Source: Verrucomicrobiales bacterium
Lineage (GTDB): Bacteria; Verrucomicrobiota; Verrucomicrobiia; Verrucomicrobiales; V1-33
DNA length: 64,000 nucleotides
Direction: 5' to 3'
Assembly: GCA_031411295.1 (NCBI GenBank)
Contig: JANOAV010000192.1
Location: 1 to 64,000, forward strand
How positions within the stretch are numbered: the first letter of the stretch is position 1; each line of letters begins with the position of its first letter. The notes beneath the pieces were generated by a model. It worked only from the letters and a program-made list of their open reading frames with translations. It had not been told where the DNA came from and did not search any database. Of this stretch, positions 47,066-55,586 are shown in pieces. A program made the translations under genes and the position numbers.

Positions 47066-48940
47066 ATGGACAAAGTATTTTCCGAACTAGGACTTTCCCC
47101 CGAACTGCTTGCTGCAGTAACCGCGCAGGGATTCGAACAACCCTCCCCAATTCAAGCCTCGGCTATTCCGCCTGCCTTGGAAGGACGTGATGTCGTGGGG
47201 CAATCTCAAACCGGCAGCGGCAAGACCATGGCTTTTGCCGTTCCGGTAGTGCAACTGGTGGATCCCACCAAACGCTACATGCAGGCCCTGATTCTGGCCC
47301 CCACGCGGGAACTCGCCAATCAAGTGTGCGAGGAAGTGCACAAACTCGCCAGCCACCGACCTGGCATCAAAGCCGTGGCCGTGTATGGTGGTTCCTCGTA
47401 TGATCGCCAGATTCGTGGCATCGAAGGCGGGGCGCAAGTTATCGTGGGCACGCCCGGCCGGGTGCTGGACATGGTGAACCGTCGCATTCTGAAGTTGGAA
47501 AACGTCAAGTTTCTGGTCTTCGATGAAGCGGATGCCATGCTGGACATGGGTTTCCGGGAGGAAATCGACGAAGTGCTCGCCAAGGTGCCAGCAGACCGCC
47601 AAACGCTCTTTTTCTCCGCCACCCTCAGCGGCCCCATCCGTTATCTGATCGACAAATACACGCGCAATGCTGCCATCATTACGGTGGAACATCGTGCGCT
47701 GACGGTGCCTACGGTCGAGCAAATGTATTATGAAGTGCAAAGTCGCTCGAAGGTGGAAGTGCTCACACGTATCTTGGACATTGAGCAACCACGTCTGGCC
47801 ATCGTCTTCGCGAACACAAAGCGGATGGTGGATGAAACGACCGACACCTTGATGGCGCGCGGTTATGCCACTGACCGCCTCCATGGAGATCTCAATCAAA
47901 ACATGCGCGAGCGGGTGCTCAAGAATTTCCGCAGCGGAGCCGTGGAAGTGCTGATTGCGACGGATGTGGCGGCTCGTGGTTTGGATGTCAATGACATCGA
48001 TCTGGTGGTGAATCTGGAACTCCCGTATGACGAAGAAGATTACGTCCACCGCATCGGGCGGACAGGCCGGGCAGGCCGTGCTGGTAAGGCCGTGAGCCTG
48101 CTGAGCGGACGGGAAATTTTCCTGTTCCAACGCATCATGCGTTTCACCAAAGGCAAGGCCGAGCGCAAGAGCGTGCCGAGCCAGGAAGAGTTGATTGGCA
48201 AACGCGCTGATATTTTCTTCGTGAAATTGAAGGAGAAAGTCGAATCTGGTGCGTTCCATAATCACGAAACCACCCTGCAACGATTGCTGGATGCTGGTCA
48301 TGCCATCACGGATGTCGCCAGTTGTCTGATGGATCTCTGGATGGCTGAGACCGCCCGGGAGCGGGAGGAAATCATGGAGGATCGCAAGGGCGGTGCCCCC
48401 ATCAAAGATCGTAAGGATAAAAAGGGCAGCACCAAGGAATGGCGTGATGACGGGGCTCAAGCCGAGCGCCCCAACCGCTTCGATAAATTTGCGCGCAATG
48501 ATTCAGAGCCACGGGCTTCGCGTCCGCCCCAAGGAAGCGATGATTTCAAACGTTTGTTCCTGAATCTGGGAGCGATGGACGAAGTAACGCCGGGGGATAT
48601 TGCCGGTGCGATTTATCGCGAAGCGCAACTGCCTCCTGGTTCACTGGGTCGCATCGAAATCTTCGAGCGCTGCAGTTACGTCGGCGTGCCCCAAGAACAC
48701 GTGGAACAAGTCATGAGCACCGTGGGCCAAGCCAAATGGCGTGGTCGTCCGTTGCGCATGGATGTGGCGGATCGTCAGGAATTCGGGGAAGGCAATGCCG
48801 CCCGCAAACCCACCTTCCGCAAGAGTTACGGCGGTGGCGGGGGGGCCGGTGGTGGTGGCTATAGAGGCGGTGGTGATGACCGCGGCCCCCGTCCACCCTA
48901 CGGCAAGAAGCCCTACGGTAGCAAACCACGCGGGGAGTAA
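47066..48940 (+). CDS. deaD: DEAD-box RNA helicase DeaD/CsdA-like with DbpA RNA-binding domain
   Basis: QTGSGKT, PTRELA, DEAD, SAT, HRIGRTGRAG, RLFLNLG...PGDIAGAI RBD, Gly/Arg/Lys tail. Start 47048 or 47066. Confidence 0.88.
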   Translation: MDKVFSELGLSPELLAAVTAQGFEQPSPIQASAIPPALEGRDVVGQSQTGSGKTMAFAVPVVQLVDPTKRYMQALILAPTRELANQVCEEVHKLASHRPGIKAVAVYGGSSYDRQIRGIEGGAQVIVGTPGRVLDMVNRRILKLENVKFLVFDEADAMLDMGFREEIDEVLAKVPADRQTLFFSATLSGPIRYLIDKYTRNAAIITVEHRALTVPTVEQMYYEVQSRSKVEVLTRILDIEQPRLAIVFANTKRMVDETTDTLMARGYATDRLHGDLNQNMRERVLKNFRSGAVEVLIATDVAARGLDVNDIDLVVNLELPYDEEDYVHRIGRTGRAGRAGKAVSLLSGREIFLFQRIMRFTKGKAERKSVPSQEELIGKRADIFFVKLKEKVESGAFHNHETTLQRLLDAGHAITDVASCLMDLWMAETAREREEIMEDRKGGAPIKDRKDKKGSTKEWRDDGAQAERPNRFDKFARNDSEPRASRPPQGSDDFKRLFLNLGAMDEVTPGDIAGAIYREAQLPPGSLGRIEIFERCSYVGVPQEHVEQVMSTVGQAKWRGRPLRMDVADRQEFGEGNAARKPTFRKSYGGGGGAGGGGYRGGGDDRGPRPPYGKKPYGSKPRGE

Positions 48941-48982
48941 GCTCCCAGAGGCGGGGCGGCTCTCCCGGTCTTTCTCAATCTA

Positions 48983-49387
48983 ATGATAACGCCATCTCGC
49001 CCCTTCGTAGCCGTGGCCTGCGCAGTGATTCAAGGCGCGGATGGTCGTATCTTGGCCGCTCAGCGCCCATTTAATAAAAGCCTGGGCGGTAAATGGGAAT
49101 TCCCGGGGGGTAAGATCGAGACCGGAGAAACCCCCGCCGATGCTCTGGTGCGCGAGTTAGAAGAGGAGTTGGGAATCCACACCCAAGTGGACCGCGCCTT
49201 GAGCGTGGTGCACTATGATTACGAGGCCTTCAGCATCGAACTGCACCCATTCGTGGTCACGATTCTGGCAGGCGAAATGATCGCCAAAGAGCACGAGGAA
49301 ATCCGTTGGATCACTTTGGAAGAAGCTCCCGCCATCGACTGGGCGGAGGCGGATATTCCGATCTGGCAGGAGTTGGCGAGACGATGA
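48983..49387 (+). CDS. Nudix hydrolase, MutT/NudG-like (d)NTP pyrophosphohydrolase
   Basis: WEFPGGKIETGETPADALVRELEEELGI Nudix box; WAEADIP. Confidence 0.92.
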   Translation: MITPSRPFVAVACAVIQGADGRILAAQRPFNKSLGGKWEFPGGKIETGETPADALVRELEEELGIHTQVDRALSVVHYDYEAFSIELHPFVVTILAGEMIAKEHEEIRWITLEEAPAIDWAEADIPIWQELARR

Positions 49388-49466
49388 ATCGGAAACCACG
49401 GCTGCGGCTCGACTCGCGCGCTGTGAAGCTGCACAACCTCAGCCAGTCTGGACTGGATGTCTGAGC

Positions 49467-51863
49467 TTATTTCGCCTCCTTGGCCAATGTCTTGCGCCAC
49501 TTGTCCAGCCACTTTGGGAGCTCGGCGGGCTTGGTGACGGTGTAGTCGTAGCCGGTGGGATTATGTTCTTTCAACTCGGCCAGACTGGCGTAACAGCGGC
49601 CATCCGTCTTCCCTGGAAAGAGCGGAGCCAGGGAATTCAAATCGATAAAACGAGCCCACTTCAAGCCTTTGCCTGCCCCGATTCCTTCAGGGAGCGGATG
49701 AGCGGCAAACCACGCGCAGGCGGATTCCACTGCTGCGGTCAGCGCAGGTGTCACGGGGCGCATTTTGAACAGCGTGCGGATGACTTCCACGCTTTCTCCG
49801 CCGCTTAGGGCGGCTACTTCGAATCCACGTGCGGCCACGGGTTGCATGGTTAGTAAATCATATTGCGCTGCCCACACGGTAGGCTTGAGGGCCACGGACA
49901 CCTGCAATCGCACCAAGGCATCAACGCCCTTGGCTAACGCCTGCTGGCATGCCTGCCGATGTGCCTCGTCCACCCATCCAAATCCATCCTTGCCCAGCAC
50001 GATCAATTGCAGCACTTCCATGACATGCGGCATGGCGCCATCATTGAGCGTGAGTGCATCGTGATAGCCGCCTTCCAGCGGATAGCATTGCGGCCAGCCT
50101 CCGTTGGGAAATTGTGCTGCTAGCAAATAGTCGATCCCTCGCTCCACCGAGGCTTTTACGTGGTCGTCAGGATGCTCGGTCTGCAGTTGGGCCAGAAACA
50201 GCAGTTGCTTCGTGGTGGCCCGATTATCGAACGTCCCCGCATAATGCGCAGCATCGGATTGCGCAGTCCAGGCCATGCCGGGCTGACGTCCGCCGGATGC
50301 ATATTTCACATGCTTGGACCAGCCACCGGCAGGGACTTGCCAGGAAACTAATGTTTGCGCCAGCGTTAGTTCCGCTTCGGTTCCGGTGGGTTTCTCTGGC
50401 AATTCCACTTCCCCCCCAGACTCCGGTGCGGGCTTGGGTTGATCGAGTTGCGCGGCTTTGGTTTCCTCTGCCAAAATTTCGTCATGCCTGCGACGGAACT
50501 CATCAGACCTCATGAAATATGCTTTCCAAGCGGTCTGTTCCGCTGGCGGCAGGTTGGCGAGACGTCGGGCGTAGCGCTGTGAGGCATAGATTTCCCCAGC
50601 TTCACCACCAATGTTGGATCCTGCCCAGGCCAGCATCGCCCGCCAGTCTTCCAGCACCACATCATGCCCACCTTCATGCAAATAGTAGCCGAGGGTGCCA
50701 TTCACGAGCTTGCCCGGCTTCGGCCATTCTTGCGCCTTCAGGCCGCTCTTGGCCGTCAATTCATAGACGGGCGATGCCGCTTTAAGCGTCAGGAATTCGC
50801 CTTTGGGATCTGACCACAAATCGGTAGTGCCACTCACCCCTAACAATGGCCGAGGAGCCACGCAGGCCACCAGTTGGTGTTGATCGAAAGGCATGGAGGT
50901 CTCCTCTTCGGCATATTTCGCATAGTTCTTGGCGAACCAATGGGGGAAGCGTTTCGTTAGATCAGCAGGCGTTTCGCCAAAGATACGTTTGCTCAGCGCC
51001 AGTCCACCTGCGCCCGAGCAATTCGAGACGATGCCAGCGAACCGTTCATCCTGCGCCCCGGCCCACAAGGCAGCTTTGCCTAATCTGCTGAATCCAGTTA
51101 GGGATACCCGTTTCGCATCCACCCGATCATTCGTTTCCAAATAATCCAACGCCCGACTCAGCCCCCAAGCCCATGCGCCGACCGCCCCCCAGTCGCCTGG
51201 TCCAGGTTCGGGGGCCAGACCGCGGACACCTTGTTTCCAGGCTCCATCCTGGTCTGGCTCGATCTCCCCGTAGGCTACCGTAGCCAGGCCGAAGCCGTTT
51301 TCCAGAATGAAATCAACCGGCCATTGGTAGCGATGCATCCCGCGCGCAGCCTCGGTAGGCTTGTGATCCGGGAGCTTGTTATCGAACAACCCCATCGCAA
51401 AATGCGTCGGCAGCGGGAGATCTGGATCGTCCGTGGTGGTATAATTTCCGTCGAAATTCAACCCCAGGAAGAGTGGCACCGGTTTGGTCACATCGTTGGG
51501 TAAATAGACTAGCAATTCCATACTTCGTCCCTGCTCTGTCCCCTCAAACAGCACCTTCACGCGGAGGCGAGTCGCACGGCCCCCACGGGCTAGGGGCTTT
51601 TCTTCGATCACCCGAAATTGTAATTTCTCCGGCCGCCCCAGCAGCGTGCGGCCATACATTTCATAACTGAATTGCGCCAACAGTTGGCTCCGTTGCTTCC
51701 GCCAGGCGTCTTTCGTGGTGATCTCGGAGTCCTTGGCATCAAGCAGCGGAGCCGGCAGGACATAGGGAGGGACATCGGATTCCTCCTTCACTGGACCAGC
51801 GAGGAGCGGGGAAATAGGGAGGATTGCCATGGGAGCCAGAAAGGTGAGTCGGGGGAAATTCAT
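49467..51863 (-). CDS. CE15 glucuronoyl esterase-like domain fused to PL10 pectate lyase
   Basis: N-half AWAWGLSRALDYL, GFSRLGK, FDQHQL...APRP, GGHD. C-half GGWSKH, TFDNRAT, NGGWPQ, TLNDGAM, ARGFE, WARF. Start uncertain. Confidence 0.82.
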   Translation of the reverse strand: MNFPRLTFLAPMAILPISPLLAGPVKEESDVPPYVLPAPLLDAKDSEITTKDAWRKQRSQLLAQFSYEMYGRTLLGRPEKLQFRVIEEKPLARGGRATRLRVKVLFEGTEQGRSMELLVYLPNDVTKPVPLFLGLNFDGNYTTTDDPDLPLPTHFAMGLFDNKLPDHKPTEAARGMHRYQWPVDFILENGFGLATVAYGEIEPDQDGAWKQGVRGLAPEPGPGDWGAVGAWAWGLSRALDYLETNDRVDAKRVSLTGFSRLGKAALWAGAQDERFAGIVSNCSGAGGLALSKRIFGETPADLTKRFPHWFAKNYAKYAEEETSMPFDQHQLVACVAPRPLLGVSGTTDLWSDPKGEFLTLKAASPVYELTAKSGLKAQEWPKPGKLVNGTLGYYLHEGGHDVVLEDWRAMLAWAGSNIGGEAGEIYASQRYARRLANLPPAEQTAWKAYFMRSDEFRRRHDEILAEETKAAQLDQPKPAPESGGEVELPEKPTGTEAELTLAQTLVSWQVPAGGWSKHVKYASGGRQPGMAWTAQSDAAHYAGTFDNRATTKQLLFLAQLQTEHPDDHVKASVERGIDYLLAAQFPNGGWPQCYPLEGGYHDALTLNDGAMPHVMEVLQLIVLGKDGFGWVDEAHRQACQQALAKGVDALVRLQVSVALKPTVWAAQYDLLTMQPVAARGFEVAALSGGESVEVIRTLFKMRPVTPALTAAVESACAWFAAHPLPEGIGAGKGLKWARFIDLNSLAPLFPGKTDGRCYASLAELKEHNPTGYDYTVTKPAELPKWLDKWRKTLAKEAK

Positions 51864-52031
51864 CCACGGATACTCCATGATGGGCTCAAACTTGCAATTC
51901 TTTAAACCTGCGTGCGGTCGGTCGGAACGTGGCATTGAAACCTGGCGTCGTGGGAGGGGCTCTGCCAGCGAGCCTTGAATACGGAGGCGAAACGAGTTTC
52001 CCATTTACTGAATTAACTTAGGAAGCTGCGA

Positions 52032-54608
52032 ATGACATCCTCCACTCTTTGCCTAACTCTGTTACCACTACTCTGCGCCACCGCCTCAACCCTGCGGGCG
52101 GCCGATGATTTCCCTGCCAAGCCGCAGGTGCCATTTCTTTCCCCGGAAGAGGAACTCAAAACCATTGAGCTGCCGGACGGCTACAAGCTGGAGTTAGTCC
52201 TCAGTGAGCCCATCATCAAGGAGCCCGTGGCAGCTGTGTTCGATGGCAATGGCCGCATGTATGTCTCGGAATTTCTCAGTTACATGCAGGACATCGACGG
52301 CAATCATGAACTGGAACCCGTGAGCCGCATCTCCCGCCACGAAAGCACCAAGGGCGATGGCGTGTTCGATAAACACAGCATTTACTTGGATAAACAATTG
52401 CTCCCCCGGCTCGTCATGCCGTTGGATGATCGCGTCGTCGTCGGACTCACCAACACCAGCGATCTCATCACCTATCGCGATACCAATGGCGATGGTGTGG
52501 CCGACCAATCCGTGCCGTTTTATACCGCTGGAGCACGTGGCGGCAACTTGGAGCATCAGCCCAGCGGACTGGTCTGGGGCTTGGATAACTGGATCTACAC
52601 CACGTATAATTCTTATCGCCTGCGCTACAACCCTAACGGGCTCGCCACGCAGGAACCCACCGCGCCTAACGGCGGTCAGTGGGGCTTGGCGCAGGATGAC
52701 CATGGGAAAATGTGGTGGTCCAATGCCGGGGGCGAAAAGGGCCTGTGGAACTACCAAGTCCCCATCGTTTATGGTGCCATCAACGTGCCCTCACAGAAAC
52801 CAGACGACTTCGATACCGTATGGCCACTCGTTGGCGTTTCCGATTTCCAAGGCGGCCCTGGCAAGGCGCGGCCAGAAGACGGCACCCTGAACCACTTCAC
52901 CGGCTGCGCTGGGCAGACCGTCTTTCGCGGAGACCGACTCCCCGCAGAGTTGCGGGGCAACGTCTTCCTGCCTGAGCCCGTCGGCCGCTTGATCCGCCGC
53001 ACCGTGGTGGAAATGAAGGATGGGGTGACCACCGTGAGCAATCCCCATGGCCACAGCGAATTCCTCCGTTCGCGCGATCTCAATTTCCGGCCGCTGAATA
53101 TGACCACCGGACCCGACGGCTGTTTATATATCGTCGATATGTATCGTGGCATCATCCAGGAAGGGAATTGGGTTCGGGAAGGCAGCTACCTGCGCAAAGT
53201 GGTGAAGCAGTATGGCTTCCAGAACAACGTTGGCCGCGGACGCATCTGGCGCTTGGTGCATAAGGATTTCAAACCCGGACCCCAGCCCCACATGCTGGAC
53301 GAAACGCCTGCGCAACTTGTGGCGCATCTCACGCACCCTAACGGTTGGTGGCGCGATACCGCGCAACGGATGCTGGTCGTCAAAGGGGACAAATCCGTCG
53401 TCCCTGCGCTGCAAACGTTGTTTACCAACTGCCCGAACTACCTCGGCAAAATCCACGCCCTGTGGACCCTGGAAGGCCTGGGTGCGCTCACCCCAGAACT
53501 CGTGCGCTCGGGACTCAAGGACACGCACCCCCAAGTCCGCGTGCAGACCATCCGCGCAGCAGAAACATTGCTCAAGGCCGGAGAGGCCAGTTTGACAGCA
53601 GATATTGCCGCCTTGCAAATGGACGCTTCACCTGACGTTGTCCTGCAAGTCGTGATGACTGGTAATGTGCTGAAATTTCCCGACTGGAAAACCACCGCCG
53701 CCAGCATCGTCCTCACCAGTGCCTCCAAAGGCGTGCAGGAAATTGGCAAGCAACTCCTGACGGAAGACGCCAAGATCGCAGGCAACTTCAGCCCGCAGGA
53801 ACGCAAGCAGTTGCTGCACGGTCAGCAGATCTTCCGTGAGCTGTGCTTCGCCTGTCATGGCCCCGACGGCAAAGGCACTCCGCTGCCGGGCGTGGCGGAC
53901 AAAACCCTCGCCCCGCCGCTCTCTGGTTCCCAGACCGTCCAGCAAGGGGACGCCATCATTCGCGTCATCCTTCATGGCTTGGCCGGACCCGTCAATGGGA
54001 GGACCTACGAAGCCCAGATGGTCGCGTTAGGAAATAGTGACGATGCCTGGATCGCAGACGTCGCCAGTTACGTGCGCAACTCTTTCGGCAATGCCGCCCC
54101 CATCATCGATAAAAAAGACGTCACCAAACTCCGCAAATCCCTCAAGGATCGCACCACCCCCTGGACCATTGCGGAGTTGCAAGATTACCTCCCACGCAAA
54201 GTTGAGGCCCGCTCCCAATGGAAACTCACCGCCAGCCGCAGCCCCGACAAAGCAGGCCTCTCCACCGATGACAAAGCCCAGACCCGGTGGGATACCGGCC
54301 AGGCGCAAGAGCCCGGTCAGTGGTTCCAAGTGGAGCTCCCCCAGGAAACTTCGTTCAACGGGATTGAGTTGGACAGCAACGGCTCCGCTAACGATTACCC
54401 CCGAGGCTACAAAGTGGAACTCAGCGCAGATGGTCAAACTTGGAGCAAGCCGGTCGCGGAAGGCACCGGGACCCGCGGCACTACCACCATTTCCCTAACC
54501 ACACCTGCCAAAGCGAAATTCATCCGCATCACCCAGACCGGTAAACAACCCGGCACCTTCTGGAGCATCCACGAGCTGAACCTCCTCCAGCCCCCCGTGA
54601 AATCCTAA
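52032..54608 (+). CDS. PVC-type membrane-bound dehydrogenase-like protein with HEAT repeats, cytochrome c and F5/8 (discoidin) domain
   Basis: LSPEEEL...LPDGYKLELV, WGLDNWIY, GPDGCLYIVDMY, GRGRIWR, CFACHG, TRWDTG...WSIHEL. Confidence 0.88.
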   Translation: MTSSTLCLTLLPLLCATASTLRAADDFPAKPQVPFLSPEEELKTIELPDGYKLELVLSEPIIKEPVAAVFDGNGRMYVSEFLSYMQDIDGNHELEPVSRISRHESTKGDGVFDKHSIYLDKQLLPRLVMPLDDRVVVGLTNTSDLITYRDTNGDGVADQSVPFYTAGARGGNLEHQPSGLVWGLDNWIYTTYNSYRLRYNPNGLATQEPTAPNGGQWGLAQDDHGKMWWSNAGGEKGLWNYQVPIVYGAINVPSQKPDDFDTVWPLVGVSDFQGGPGKARPEDGTLNHFTGCAGQTVFRGDRLPAELRGNVFLPEPVGRLIRRTVVEMKDGVTTVSNPHGHSEFLRSRDLNFRPLNMTTGPDGCLYIVDMYRGIIQEGNWVREGSYLRKVVKQYGFQNNVGRGRIWRLVHKDFKPGPQPHMLDETPAQLVAHLTHPNGWWRDTAQRMLVVKGDKSVVPALQTLFTNCPNYLGKIHALWTLEGLGALTPELVRSGLKDTHPQVRVQTIRAAETLLKAGEASLTADIAALQMDASPDVVLQVVMTGNVLKFPDWKTTAASIVLTSASKGVQEIGKQLLTEDAKIAGNFSPQERKQLLHGQQIFRELCFACHGPDGKGTPLPGVADKTLAPPLSGSQTVQQGDAIIRVILHGLAGPVNGRTYEAQMVALGNSDDAWIADVASYVRNSFGNAAPIIDKKDVTKLRKSLKDRTTPWTIAELQDYLPRKVEARSQWKLTASRSPDKAGLSTDDKAQTRWDTGQAQEPGQWFQVELPQETSFNGIELDSNGSANDYPRGYKVELSADGQTWSKPVAEGTGTRGTTTISLTTPAKAKFIRITQTGKQPGTFWSIHELNLLQPPVKS

Positions 54609-54617
54609 GCCCGAGCG

Positions 54618-54681
54618 TGGAGCAGTCGGCTGGACTGTTCAATCCATCATGCATGCAGCAGTCCAGCGGACTGCTGTCCAC
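54618..54681. repeat. Palindromic ~64-bp element, copy 1 (direct repeat of 61325-61387)
   Basis: TGGAGCAGTCGGCTGGACTGTTCAATCCATCATGCATGCAGCAGTCCAGCGGACTGCTGTCCAC. Confidence 0.85.
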
Positions 54682-54759
54682 CAAGCGGATGCGAGTCTTC
54701 TTCTGGGAATAAGCGGCATTCAGAATATTTCAGACTGCCCGCCGTTTGCTGGCGTTTGC

Positions 54760-55032
54760 TCGGCATCTACAGACGCGAGGTCGGCATCTGCAGCCGAGAG
54801 GACGGCATCTGTAGACGAGAGGACGGCATCTGTAGACGAGAGGACGGCATCTGTAGACGAGAGGACGGCATCTGTAGACGAGAGGTCGGCATCTGTAGAC
54901 GAGAGGTCGGCTTCTGCAGACGAGAGGTCGGCATCTGCAGACGCGAGGTCGGCATCTGCAGACGCGAGGTCGGCATCTGCAGACGCGAGGTCGGCGTCTG
55001 CTGACGACAGCTCGGCATCTGCAGACGCAGGA
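54760..55032. repeat. 21-bp tandem repeat, 13 units
   Basis: Consensus (T/A)CGGCATCTG(C/T)AGACG(A/C)GAGG, head to tail, no spacers. Confidence 0.95.
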
Positions 55033-55392
55033 TCGTCGTCGGGTGTTCAAAGCCGATTGTCGGGTGACTATTTCCTTCCGTCGTGTGACGTAGCTGCTCT
55101 GTTACCCGCCATAGGCTTGTCGTCACTTTGCGTAAACCTTTCAATATCAGCGGGTTATGCCGAAAATCGGCGGCTTTGCAATTTTCATGCAGGGTTATAG
55201 GATGGCTGTGCCGCTAATTTTGTGGGGGATCGCCCCACTCAGGGCGCACTGCTCATCCGATAAAAAAAGTCTAGCCAAGAGCGGAAACAAATGCTAAAAC
55301 CAACCCGCCGCTCAACCTGCGGCCAGTTAATTAATTATGAAGTAACACGAACGCTTTCACATCACCCTTTGCGACCACAAAGGGCTTTCGGG

Positions 55393-55515
55393 CCAGACTA
55401 CAAAATCCGCCAGATTCAAACAGTGCCCTCATCGAAGAAACAAAGCTCGTCGCGCCGATTGGCGCGGCTTGGCCGCGTTTCTTCGATGAGGCGCCTGGCG
55501 GTGCCTGTAGTCTGG
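55393..55515. other. Long nested hairpin upstream of the LTD-CotH gene
   Basis: CCAGACTACA/TGTAGTCTGG, CCGCCAG/CTGGCGG, perfect 15-bp CCTCATCGAAGAAAC/GTTTCTTCGATGAGG, inner CGCGCC-GATT-GGCGCG. Confidence 0.75.
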
Positions 55516-55586
55516 GGCGCGAGATCAAGTCCGCGCCCTTTGCTTGATGGACCACATTTGCACCTAACATATACAGAAATCCCGTC

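Noticed and set aside
47087..48460. 457-aa antisense ORF
   Set aside because: Shadow of deaD.
54760..55032. Possible CRISPR array
   Set aside because: Units are head to tail with no unique spacers, and there are no cas genes.
54649..55200. ORFs across the VNTR (54649-55200 +, 54767-55144 -, 54730-55050 -)
   Set aside because: Open only because the repeat lacks stops; no recognisable flanks.
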